Origin: Pseudomonadota bacterium
Lineage (GTDB): Bacteria > Pseudomonadota > Gammaproteobacteria > Steroidobacterales > Steroidobacteraceae
Assembly (NCBI GenBank): GCA_021849615.1
Contig: JAJZSQ010000002.1
Span: 7,673 to 71,672, forward strand
Reading direction: 5' to 3'
Length of the DNA: 64,000 nucleotides
Numbering within the stretch: the stretch's first letter is position 1; each line of letters starts with the position of its first letter. The translations under genes and the position numbers were made by a program. A model generated the notes under the pieces. It was not told where the DNA came from, searched no databases, and worked only from the letters and a program-made list of their open reading frames with translations. Below, one piece after another: positions 36,763-46,542 of the stretch.

Positions 36763-37618
36763 GCAAGACCGGGATTGCGAAGCCAGCGCCTGCGCTGCGC
36801 GGTGCCACTGCGCGCCGAGGTAGGGCTTTCCGGTCGACGTGTCATTGCGCGCTGTGCTTCGGGGTTTTCCCATCTCCACGGGGAGCTCCGGGTAACGTCG
36901 ATCCTTCGACTCCGTATTCGCCTCGATACGGATAGGGCGCATGCACAATCGCGCAAGAGGAATGTCCTGCTGAGCGGGCGCCACGTTGCATGCCACTGTC
37001 GTGATCCTCCCAGTGATATCAGGCGTAGGGTAGCCCGGAAACGCATCGGCGTGCAGGTGGCTGGGGTGGTTTTCCATTGACGCTAGGGACGCATCCTGGC
37101 CGCGGGATTTGGAGAATGGTTAGACGATAAGAGGAGGCCTGCATGGACCCCTGTCCACGCTTCGCCGACCCCCTCACGGAAGCCTGCGCAGGACTCAGGG
37201 CCGACGTGACTCTCGACGTCTTCATCGTGGTGGACTTGCGCCACCTACTCCTTGCCGGTCTCCCGGCGTACCCCACTCGCTTTTCAACAGAGCCCAATAA
37301 TGCTGTCGCTTGAGTTGCCCTTCTGACCTCGGCACGAGGGTTTTGCCTCCGGCGCCGCAACGCGCCGAACTGCAATGCAGCCGTTCACGCAGGTCACCGG
37401 AAAGCGAATTAGACCAGCCTCCATCCGCCTCACGCCCGAACCTCACTTGCGCCGCTGAGCAGACACAAGACCCTCGCGGAAGAGCGCTGACGGCACCTAT
37501 ACGCGCCGCGATCCAGTTGTACAGCCTGACCGAACGACCCGAACAAATCCTTACAACTTGAATTGCTTGATTCAGATATATAGCTTACAAACCCAGCGCC
37601 TTCCATTCCGGATGTAAG

Positions 37619-38662
37619 ATGCCAAAATCAAATAATACAACCCTGGCAATGCTCGCTTCCTTGACTCTGTCCTGGACGATTTTCGCGAGCGCGTGCAGCG
37701 GATCGGGCTCGTCCACATCGAGCTCCGGTTCATCAACTTCCGCGACTGCAACAGCGGCGTCGGGGGCTATCGCGACCACATCTCAGGCCGCACAGTCGCC
37801 AATTGATTCTGCACCGTATTCGGTATCGGTTCCCGATTCGATCAATCCTATTTCTCCAAACACAATTCCGATCGGCGATGGCCAAGTGACGACGACAATG
37901 CCGCAGATCGGCTACGTGTACGTTTGCCACACGGCGAGCAAGCCGGGCGGACGCAGCCTGTCACAGCTGCCATGGGTCAATACGACGACAAACACGTGGG
38001 ACTCGCAGTCCAAGATCCATGTTGAGGGTGACGTAAGCTGGCCGACTGCCAAGTTCACCGTGACGCTCACCGGAACTCAGCGCATTCTGTATACGAACGA
38101 CCTGCCCATGGGACACGGAACGGGAGTATTTCCGATTCAGCCGAGTGATCCGGCGTATACCTATGACACCAATCCGAATAGCATACTCAGTCAAAACATC
38201 ACAGCTTCAGTTCCACAAATGCCCGAGATCGCCGCACGTCCGACCTGCCTTCCCATGGGTCCGATCGGCGTGCTTGCCGACGGAGTGGTGTTGTTTAATG
38301 CACTAGATGCCGATGATCGCGACGGCGTCGTGCATGAGGTACTGGATGCGGCATGCGACGGCCATCCTCAATCAAAAGGTATTTATCATCATCACGATGT
38401 TCCCTCTTGCCTGATGTCGAAAGCCGGCGGAGCTGACACCTCGACGCTGATAGGATACGCGTTCGACGGATTTGGGATTTACATCGAGAAGGATCGCAAT
38501 GGCAACTTGCTTACAAATGCAAATCTCGACTCCTGCCATGGCCGGACCAGCACTGTGATGTGGGACGGCAAACCCACAATGATGTATCACTATGATGCGA
38601 CTTTAGAGTATCCGTACACTGTGGGCTGCTTTATGGGCACCCCGTCCACCCCGACGCTCTAA
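37619..38662 (+). CDS. YHYH-domain lipoprotein
   Basis: Lipobox FASAC, a Ser/Thr-rich linker, then DAACDGHPQSKGIYHHHD and LDSCHGRT...MMYHYDA, which match the DxCxGH...YHYH pattern of the YHYH family. Confidence 0.8.
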   Translation: MPKSNNTTLAMLASLTLSWTIFASACSGSGSSTSSSGSSTSATATAASGAIATTSQAAQSPIDSAPYSVSVPDSINPISPNTIPIGDGQVTTTMPQIGYVYVCHTASKPGGRSLSQLPWVNTTTNTWDSQSKIHVEGDVSWPTAKFTVTLTGTQRILYTNDLPMGHGTGVFPIQPSDPAYTYDTNPNSILSQNITASVPQMPEIAARPTCLPMGPIGVLADGVVLFNALDADDRDGVVHEVLDAACDGHPQSKGIYHHHDVPSCLMSKAGGADTSTLIGYAFDGFGIYIEKDRNGNLLTNANLDSCHGRTSTVMWDGKPTMMYHYDATLEYPYTVGCFMGTPSTPTL

Positions 38663-38829
38663 TCTTACTATGTCACAAATTGCGTTTCACCATTAGCTGT
38701 GCGGAACACGGACATCGATCGAGCCGTCGAGTAACGGCGCGAGCGAACAGGTAGCGCAGCGTTGCGATGGAGTTTGGAACGTGACACTGCATTCTTCCGG
38801 TTGCCGCGCGGCGTGAAGCCTTCGGGTAG

Positions 38830-39171
38830 CAGACCCCGCTTTTGGTTGAGCGCGGTTTTTCCAATAACGACCAAGGCGCGCAGTATACCTCCGGCGAGTG
38901 GTTCGATAGACTCAAGGCCACCGGTTGCCGCATCAGTATGGACGGCAAGGGTCGCTGGGTAGATAACGTTTTTGTCGAGCGGCTGTGGCGCTCGGTGAAG
39001 TACGAGGACGTCTGCCTGCATGCCTATCAGGATGGCCGCGAGGCACGAGAGCGGCTCAACGAGTATTTCGCCTTCTACAACCGTCAGCGCGGCCACCGGT
39101 CACTCGACCATCGTACCCCTGACGAGGTCTACTTCCGCACCCGCGTAGCCGAGTTTGCCGCGGCGGCATGA
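38830..39171 (+). pseudogene. 3' fragment of an IS3-family transposase (rve integrase core, C-terminal third)
   Basis: DQGAQYTSGEWFDRLKATGCRISMDGKGRWVDNVFVERLWRSVKYEDVCLHAYQDGREARERLNEYFAFYNRQRGHRSLDHRTPDEVY. In-frame TAG at 38827 and no N-terminal part. Confidence 0.8.
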
Positions 39172-39258
39172 AGGAGAGTCATGGGTGTAGGCTACCAGAG
39201 TGAGTCACGGCCGCCACTTTCATGGCGGGACGGAGGCTTACGCAAGTGGAGTATCCAT

Positions 39259-40014
39259 ATGGCAGCGAGAAAAGGAATGACTGCAAAACGGCGCATAGTC
39301 CAAATATTTGCAATATCCATCGCGGCCACGGCATGTACGTCCGCCAACGCAGCCTCTCGCAAGAGCGACGCTGCGCCTGCGAGTATCCCATTGAAGTCCA
39401 TGGAAACTCGTTGTCCTACCGCCGTAGCTGACGAAAAACGGGTCGATATGCGGTTTTATTTCAGAAGACCTCCCGAGAAGACTCCAACGGATTCATCGCT
39501 CAGAACAGAGCTGCTACAAATGGCACGCAAAGATCAAAGGGCGAGAATTTCTCTGATCCGACACGGCATGTCGGATCCAAAGTATGTCCGTGCTGTAAAA
39601 GCAGTAGACACAAAAAACGGAGAGCACCTGAAGCAGATCTTAGGGAAATATGGATTCCCGTCTCCAGCAATGGTTGGCTACGATGGGACGAACGCAGCAT
39701 GGCTACTCTTGCAGCACCAGGATCAGGATCCCGCATGGCAGCGAAAATGGTTGAATGCGCTTACACAGCTCGCCAAACGGTATGAATTGTCCCCAGAGGA
39801 TTACGCATTATTTGTGGATCGCGTGCGAGTGAATGAGGGCCGGAAGCAGATATATGGGACACAATTCCTCCCTGGCGGATTTGTCTTAAAACCGACGGAA
39901 GACCCTGCTCATCTCGACGAACGGAGGGAAAAACTTGGACTGATTCCTGAAAGCGAGTATGAATGTATCCTAAGAGCCATGTATAACCCAAAGCAGACAG
40001 AGGTGTCTCGCTGA
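39259..40014 (+). CDS. Hypothetical exported protein
   Basis: Signal-like AKRRIVQIFAISIAATACTSANA. A conserved-looking core reads ...NAAWLLLQHQDQDPAWQRKWL...ALFVDRVRVNEGRKQIYGTQF. Possibly a DUF6624-type protein, but that is from memory only. Start uncertain (39259 or 39277). Confidence 0.55.
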   Translation: MAARKGMTAKRRIVQIFAISIAATACTSANAASRKSDAAPASIPLKSMETRCPTAVADEKRVDMRFYFRRPPEKTPTDSSLRTELLQMARKDQRARISLIRHGMSDPKYVRAVKAVDTKNGEHLKQILGKYGFPSPAMVGYDGTNAAWLLLQHQDQDPAWQRKWLNALTQLAKRYELSPEDYALFVDRVRVNEGRKQIYGTQFLPGGFVLKPTEDPAHLDERREKLGLIPESEYECILRAMYNPKQTEVSR

Positions 40015-40227
40015 CATATATGAGACCTTCTCGAGGCAGAGTACTTCCGCCGCAGGCTGGCGCGCTGCGAAGAGAAGAGCAAGCTGCAGGCGACCGCGGT
40101 GTCGAGTGGGCCTCGCATGGTCCTGGTGGTGGTTGCCCCCACTGTGGAACCGCCGGCATCCGCGATCCCTGAGCCGGGCCGCATCACCGCGGGCGGCCGC
40201 AGTGCGGGTGCACTGAATAATCGCTGA

Positions 40228-40488
40228 ACCGCTTCGTTGGCACAGGTGGTACGCGGGTATCTTGCCTACCATGCTGTGCCCACCAACTTCAGACGTCTCA
40301 GTGCTTTCCGATATCACGTCGCGATCCTTTGGCTGCGCACCCTGCGGGCCCGTAGTCAGAAGGATCGCATGACGTGGGCGCAACTGCAGACACTGATGAC
40401 CGATTTCCTGCCATCCCCACACATCCTTCATCCCTGGCCCGAATGTCGCCTTCTCGTCAAGCACCCAAGGTGGAAGCCGAGTGCCTGA
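40228..40488 (+). pseudogene. C-terminal fragment of a second, different group II intron IEP
   Basis: LAQVVRGYLAYHAVPTNFRRLSAFRYHVAILWLRTLRARSQKDRMTWAQLQTLMTDFLPSPHILHPWPECRLLVKHPRWKP is the characteristic C-terminus of one bacterial group II RT/maturase lineage. In-frame TGA at 40225 and no RT domain upstream. Confidence 0.8.
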
Positions 40489-40828
40489 ATCGGGCCCGCG
40501 GCACCCGTACCGGGAGCTCGCACTCTTACTGGAAGAAGTTCTGGTGCCGGTAAGTCTTGGTGACGGTGTCGTGGACCGGATGCTCCGATGCCCAAAGCCG
40601 ACCCGAAGATCTTCTCGTTAACCACGCTCGTCCTTTCGTTGCAGTGAGCGCCGGACCCTACCACAGGGGCAGCGCGGCGAAGAGGCTTCCGGACGGGGAT
40701 GTCCCCGCGGACCCACAGCCGAATCGCTGTGTTCGGCCCGCGGCCCTCAAGGCGGGCTACGAAGAGCCTACCTGGGCGCGGCTTCGGGCTGTGGACTGCG
40801 GGGACTTCCGTGCCGATCCCCAGCGCCA

Positions 40829-40993
40829 TCAGATCCGATCGCCCACTCTGAATTTAAGAGAGGCCTCAATTTTTCGTCGGCCACGCAGCTCCGGGCGCCT
40901 CAACAGTCCGATGTCCTTCGCCCAGCCGAAGGAATCCTCGATCAGCTTGCGCGCCTTGATGCTCAAGGCATGGCCCGCATGAGCACGGCTATC
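40829..40993 (-). pseudogene. Short IS5/IS4-type (DDE_Tnp_1) transposase C-terminal fragment
   Basis: Reverse translation SIKARKLIEDSFGWAKDIGLLRRPELRGRRKIEASLKF resembles the RxxIExxFGWxKxxxxLRRxRxRG tail of IS5-like transposases. Bounded by stops. Confidence 0.4.
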
Positions 40994-41753
40994 CTATCTG
41001 ATGGTCCGAGACAGTCTTTTAATCACGTTCGCTGCTGGGCGCCGGCCCGATGTCCATCACGGATGTCAGCCGTTCTTGCAGCCTTTTCCCTCTTGACCTC
41101 TATATCGTCTCTGGCCCTCACGAGCGCGAAGCGGACGTGCCGTCTGACCGGCTGCAGGCCGGACAGTAGATCTTGCAGGCAGCACGGGATCGATGCGGGA
41201 GCCTGATTACCCTGACGGGCAGAACAGGAACCCCGTCAGGGCTCTTGATGTACAAGAGCTCTTCGGGGGAGTCTCCGGCTGCCACACCAAGGAGACTCCA
41301 TCAGTGGACGTGCGCGCTGCACGATTCGGCCTTCTTCCGTTTTCTCACCCAGATTGACGCGCGGATCGCTGCCGAGGCCCGCGAGAGGCGCTGCTGCGGG
41401 TGCGCCGGCCCCTGCACGTGGCGGATGGATGACCGGGTGAGGCGCTGCGCCTGATCGCTCGGGCCGGCAGCCTGTCGCCGCCGTGACCAAAGCCCTGAGC
41501 GCATCTTGGCTTTCCATTTCAATTGTGTGACTATCGCCGCAGAGGGGGCGTCCAGTAATGGGTTGCTGATTCCCGCGAGCGATTGACACGATGAGCGTCT
41601 TCAGTCGTCGCGGCGCGGTGAGCAACGACCATTGCTACGCAGATGGTGTCTCATTGCCGATGACTCCGGAAATCGCAGATTTCTGTGGAGCACCTACTCG
41701 CCGGGCGGCGAGGGCTGCGAATCGAATCGCCACGGGCGCGCACTTTTGAAGCC

Positions 41754-43673
41754 ATGAGTGCCGCGCCTCATCCCGCCGGATCCCTGCACGCCACGCTGGC
41801 TCACGCGTCTCGAATCCTCGAGACGGATCCGTCGCTCGCCGCCGAGCAGGCCGCCGACATCCTCAGACGTGACCCGCGCCAGCCCCTGGCTCTGCTGTTG
41901 CTCGGCGCTGCGCAGCGGCGCTGCGGCGAGGCCGCCGCTGCACTTGAGGTGCTGCGCCGGTTGTGCAACGAACAGCCCGACATGCCCCCGGCGTGGCTCG
42001 AGCTCGCCGGTCTGCTCGCGGAAAGTGGCCAGCCAGCGGAGGCCGATGCGGCCTATGCGCGCTACCTCAGAAGTGCCGGGCGCGACCCGGAGCTGCGCGC
42101 CGCCGCTGCGGCCTTGAATGCCAACGACGTCCCGCAGGCCGAAGTGCTGCTGCGCGCCCGTCTCAGCCGTCATCCGACGGATGTCGCGGCGCTCAGGATG
42201 CTCGCCGAGGTCTGCGCTCGGCTCACCCGCCATCGGGAGGCCTGCACGCTCCTGGAGCGCTGTCTTGCGCTCTGGCCGGGTTTCGATGCAGCCCGATACA
42301 ACTACGCCTCGGTGCTGAACCGCGAGGGCAGAGCGGCGCAGGCCCAGGCGCAGTGTCGGCATCTGCGCGCCACAGCGCCCGAAGATCCGGGATACCTCAC
42401 GCTTGAGGCGGCCATTTCGGCCAATCTCGGCAACTACGACGATGCGGTCGTGGCCTACGAATCGGTCCTGGCGCGGTACCCGCGCCAGCCGAGGTTGTGG
42501 ATGAGCTACGGGCACGCATTGAAGACTCTCGCCAGGATCCCGCAGAGCATTGCCGCCTACCGTCAGGCATTGCAGATGCAGCCGACACTGGGAGAAGCGT
42601 ACTGGAGCCTCGCCAATCTCAAGACCTTTCGCTTCAGTGACGCCGACGTCCTCGCCATGCGGCAGGCGCTCGAGCGTACCGATCTCACGGACGAGGACCG
42701 CCTGCACTTCGAGTTCGCACTTGGCAAAGCGCTCGAGGACGCGCGGTCGTTCGAGCCATCCTTCGTGCACTACGCGGCAGGCAATGCGTTACGCCGCAAG
42801 GCGCACGGCTACGACCCGCAGGCGAACGCGAGTTTCGTGCGGCGCTCGAAGCAGCTGTTCACGCCCGAATTTTTTGCCGACCGCGCGGGTGCCGGCGCCG
42901 AAGCGGACGATCCGATCTTCATCGTCGGCCTGCCGCGTGCCGGCTCGACGCTGATCGAGCAGATCCTCGCCAGCCACTCGCGTATCGAGGGAACCATGGA
43001 GCTGCCGGATCTGCCGCGCATCGCACGCGAGCTGGCCGCTCCCGGCGACGACGAAGAAGAGGGGGCGTTTCTGAAGCGCGTCGCTGGCCTCGGGCGCGAT
43101 GAGTTGCGCGCGCTCGGCGAGCGCTATCTCGCTGACACCCGCATCATGCGCAAGACCGATGCGCCGCGGTTCATCGACAAGATGCCGAACAACTTCTGGT
43201 ACATCGGCCTGATTCGACTGATCCTGCCGAACGCGCTGATCATCGATGCGCGGCGCCACCCGCTCGCGTGCTGCTTCTCCTGCTTCAAGCAGCATTTTGC
43301 ACGCGGTCAATGGTTCACCTACGGACTGGAGGACCTGGGGCTCTATTACCGCGACTACGTTGAACTCTTGGCGCACTACGATGAGGTGCTCCCGGGTCAG
43401 GTGGTGAGGGTGTGCTACGAGGACCTGATCGGCCATCCCGAACACTACATTCGGGGATTGCTCGAACGCTGCGGATTGCCGTTCGAAGCGCAGTGCCTGA
43501 GCTTCCATGAGAACAACCGTGCGGTACGCACGGCCAGTGCCGAGCAGGTCCGCCAACCGATCTTTCGCGACGGCGTCGATCAGTGGCGCCACTACGAACC
43601 TTGGCTTGGGCCGCTGAAGAGCGCCCTGGGAGACGTACTGAGCACCTATCCGCGCGTTCCTGAATTTCGCTGA
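41754..43673 (+). CDS. TPR-repeat sulfotransferase-family protein
   Basis: N-terminal ~330 aa of TPR-like repeats. C-terminal sulfotransferase domain with the PAPS 5'-phosphosulfate-binding loop GLPRAGSTL and a later RHPLA/CFSCFKQ region. ATG 41754 preferred over GTG 41685. Confidence 0.85.
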   Translation: MSAAPHPAGSLHATLAHASRILETDPSLAAEQAADILRRDPRQPLALLLLGAAQRRCGEAAAALEVLRRLCNEQPDMPPAWLELAGLLAESGQPAEADAAYARYLRSAGRDPELRAAAAALNANDVPQAEVLLRARLSRHPTDVAALRMLAEVCARLTRHREACTLLERCLALWPGFDAARYNYASVLNREGRAAQAQAQCRHLRATAPEDPGYLTLEAAISANLGNYDDAVVAYESVLARYPRQPRLWMSYGHALKTLARIPQSIAAYRQALQMQPTLGEAYWSLANLKTFRFSDADVLAMRQALERTDLTDEDRLHFEFALGKALEDARSFEPSFVHYAAGNALRRKAHGYDPQANASFVRRSKQLFTPEFFADRAGAGAEADDPIFIVGLPRAGSTLIEQILASHSRIEGTMELPDLPRIARELAAPGDDEEEGAFLKRVAGLGRDELRALGERYLADTRIMRKTDAPRFIDKMPNNFWYIGLIRLILPNALIIDARRHPLACCFSCFKQHFARGQWFTYGLEDLGLYYRDYVELLAHYDEVLPGQVVRVCYEDLIGHPEHYIRGLLERCGLPFEAQCLSFHENNRAVRTASAEQVRQPIFRDGVDQWRHYEPWLGPLKSALGDVLSTYPRVPEFR

Positions 43674-43752
43674 CCGCCGGTTGCAGGGACGTCGAGGTCC
43701 GCCTGCCAGGATCGCGCCACAGACGATTCAAAAATCCATCGGGGAGTCATCA

Positions 43753-46371
43753 ATGACGCGCAGTCGACGTAGAAAATTGTCACGAAAACAGGTCCCATCG
43801 CACTCCACCACGGTCCTTCGCGGGATCGTTCGGGCCGCGCTGCCGCTGGCCGCGCTCGCGGCCGCAGCACCGCTGGCCCATGCGGACACGCCGAGCGGTG
43901 GCCTGCAGGCCATCGTGATCACGGCCCAGAAGATCCGCCAGAACCTGCAGAACGTGCCGATCAGCGTGGAAGTGTTCGACAACCGCACGATGCGCCAGCT
44001 GAACATTGCCAACATCGACGACTACGTCAAGATGGCGCCGACGGTCTCGTTCGTGCGCAGCCAGGGCGAAGGCAGCAACGGCGGGCCGGGCGGCGCGATC
44101 ATCTATATCCGCGACGTGGTGAGCGGCGGCGACGGCAACCACTCCGGATCGGAACCCAGTGTCGGGGTGTATCTCGATCAGCAGCCGGTGACGACCATCA
44201 CGGGCGTCGTCCCCATCCACATGTACGACATCAATCGCATCGAGGTGCTGGAGGGGCCCCAGGGCACGCTGTTCGGCTCCAGTGCCGAGGCCGGTGCGGT
44301 ACGCATCATCACCAATAAGCCGAACCCCGATAAGTTCTCCGCCGGCTACGATCTGCAGGAGAACATCATTCAGGACGGCGGACCGGGTCATGTATTCCAG
44401 GGCTACGTCAATATTCCGCTCTGGTCGCGTGCGGCCATCCGCCTGGTGGCCTGGGACGTGCATCACGGCGGGTACATCAGCAACGTCGCCGGTACTGATG
44501 CGAACGGCTGTATCTTCAATGGGGTGCGCTCATTCCCCAGCTGGGCGATTCAGACCAATCCGTCCTACTACGCGACCAGCAGCTACAAGGCCGGCAGCGG
44601 TCAGTGCGCCCCCGTTTCCTCGGTCGGCAAGGGAGCGATTACCGCCGGGCCCTGGCTGAAGAACAATTACAACACCTCGGATACCTATGGCGGGCGCGTC
44701 GAGTTGCGCTTTCATCTGGGCAAGGACTGGACAGTCACGCCGGCTTTCCAGGGCCAGTCGATCTCCGCGAACGGATTTTTCGGCTACGACCCGGCAGTGG
44801 GTTACCTGAAACTGACCCATTTCGGACCGGAAACTTCGCACGATACCTGGGATCAGCTCGCCCTCACCATCGAGGGCAAGGTTCATGACTTCGACATCGT
44901 GTACACCGGGGGATTCCTCAAGCGCAATCAGCATTCGATCGCCGACTACAGCGACTATTCGGAGTTCTACGACAAGGTAAACGGGTCCGGCGCGTTTTAC
45001 ACCGGCAATGCCGGCACACCCATCATGCCCCAGCAGTTCGTGATCGGCGCGGGCGACTTCGAGATGTGGAGCCAGGAGTTCCGCGTGACCACGCCGCTCG
45101 ATGAGCCCGTGCACGCAACGGTGGGGGCCTACATCGGCCGCCAGATGCACAACATCTGGCAGAACTACACGATGCCTGGGTTCGGCTGGACCAGTGTCTA
45201 TGGGGGCAACCCAGGCGGGCTCGGGTACACGCCGAGCAGTAATCCGGCGACCGACGTATCGGTGCCGGGGTATCCGAATACCATCTGGCTGACTGACGAA
45301 CAAAGAGTCGATCGTGACCGGGCCGTATACGCGCAGGCGACGTGGGATATCACCTCCAAGTGGCATCTGACGGGTGGCATGCGTTTCTATCACTACGATA
45401 ATTCGCTGATCGGCTTCTACGGCTTCAATGCCAACTTCGCGACCGGCGAGGGAACCGCGACCTGCTTCCTCCAGGAGTCAATCGTCAAGAATTCGCCGTG
45501 CACGAATCTAGATGCGTCGACGTCGGGCAGCGGGAATGTGCCGCGAGTGAACCTCACGTATCAGATCACCCCCAATGCGATGGTGTATGCGACGTACTCC
45601 AAGGGCTATCGTCCCGGTGGCGTCAATCGCATCGCTCCCCCTGTCGTCGTGAAGGGCCAGGTACCCACGCCGTCGCCCTATCAGGCGGACTACCTGACCA
45701 ACTACGAGGTGGGCTGGAAGACGCAGTGGTTCCACAATACGTTGCGGTGGAACGGGGCGCTGTTCTGGGAGGAATGGAAGAACTTCCAGTTCTCCTTCCT
45801 CGGCGCGAACAGCGTCACGATCATTGCCAACGGCGGCAATGCGCGCATTCGCGGCATCGAAAACACCCTGGCGTGGGTGCCGATGCACAGCCTGTACGTC
45901 AGTGCGAATTTCGCCTTCACCGATCCGGTGCTGACCTCCAACTACTACGGCTGCATCCCGGGTACTCCGCCGTGCACTCCGCTGCCGCCGGTGGAGGTGC
46001 CCGCCGGCAGCAATCTGCCCGTGGCGCCGAAGTTCAAGGGCAACGTCGTGGTGCGCTACACCCTGCCGATGATGGGAGACTGGAAGCCCTACGTGCAGCT
46101 CGCGGGGATGTACCAGAACCAGACGGCCTCGGCGCTGCTGCTGTCGCAGAACGCGGTCTACGGCAATCTGCCGGCGTACGCGCTGTTCAACCTGAAGATC
46201 GGGGCCAATGCCGGCAATGGGATGCACGTCGACCTGTTCATCTCGAACCTCATGAACCGTCTGGCGGAGTATTCGCGGTTCACGGAGAGCAATCCCAGCT
46301 TGAACAGCCAGGTCTATATTCTGCCGGCGCAGCCGCGCACCTTCGGCATCGAGTTCGGTCAGGACTTTTAG
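43753..46371 (+). CDS. TonB-dependent outer-membrane receptor
   Basis: Signal peptide ending PLAHA, plug start LQAIVITAQK, and a beta-barrel ending in terminal Phe (FGIEFGQDF). GGGGAG SD 7 nt upstream of ATG 43753. Confidence 0.92.
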   Translation: MTRSRRRKLSRKQVPSHSTTVLRGIVRAALPLAALAAAAPLAHADTPSGGLQAIVITAQKIRQNLQNVPISVEVFDNRTMRQLNIANIDDYVKMAPTVSFVRSQGEGSNGGPGGAIIYIRDVVSGGDGNHSGSEPSVGVYLDQQPVTTITGVVPIHMYDINRIEVLEGPQGTLFGSSAEAGAVRIITNKPNPDKFSAGYDLQENIIQDGGPGHVFQGYVNIPLWSRAAIRLVAWDVHHGGYISNVAGTDANGCIFNGVRSFPSWAIQTNPSYYATSSYKAGSGQCAPVSSVGKGAITAGPWLKNNYNTSDTYGGRVELRFHLGKDWTVTPAFQGQSISANGFFGYDPAVGYLKLTHFGPETSHDTWDQLALTIEGKVHDFDIVYTGGFLKRNQHSIADYSDYSEFYDKVNGSGAFYTGNAGTPIMPQQFVIGAGDFEMWSQEFRVTTPLDEPVHATVGAYIGRQMHNIWQNYTMPGFGWTSVYGGNPGGLGYTPSSNPATDVSVPGYPNTIWLTDEQRVDRDRAVYAQATWDITSKWHLTGGMRFYHYDNSLIGFYGFNANFATGEGTATCFLQESIVKNSPCTNLDASTSGSGNVPRVNLTYQITPNAMVYATYSKGYRPGGVNRIAPPVVVKGQVPTPSPYQADYLTNYEVGWKTQWFHNTLRWNGALFWEEWKNFQFSFLGANSVTIIANGGNARIRGIENTLAWVPMHSLYVSANFAFTDPVLTSNYYGCIPGTPPCTPLPPVEVPAGSNLPVAPKFKGNVVVRYTLPMMGDWKPYVQLAGMYQNQTASALLLSQNAVYGNLPAYALFNLKIGANAGNGMHVDLFISNLMNRLAEYSRFTESNPSLNSQVYILPAQPRTFGIEFGQDF

Positions 46372-46542
46372 CGCAGAGGTGCGGTCTCGCTCGGGACATG
46401 CCGTGACGCCCGGCGAGGGCGGCGGGCCAGGGGAGGGCCCGTCCGCTGTGCTGCGGGTCGAGGGGGCGTCTCAGCGCTGGTGCACTTCGCGCAGCCGTGA
46501 GGTTCCGGTGGTGGCCACGGGATCCGCCCGTGGCGGCGCGGT

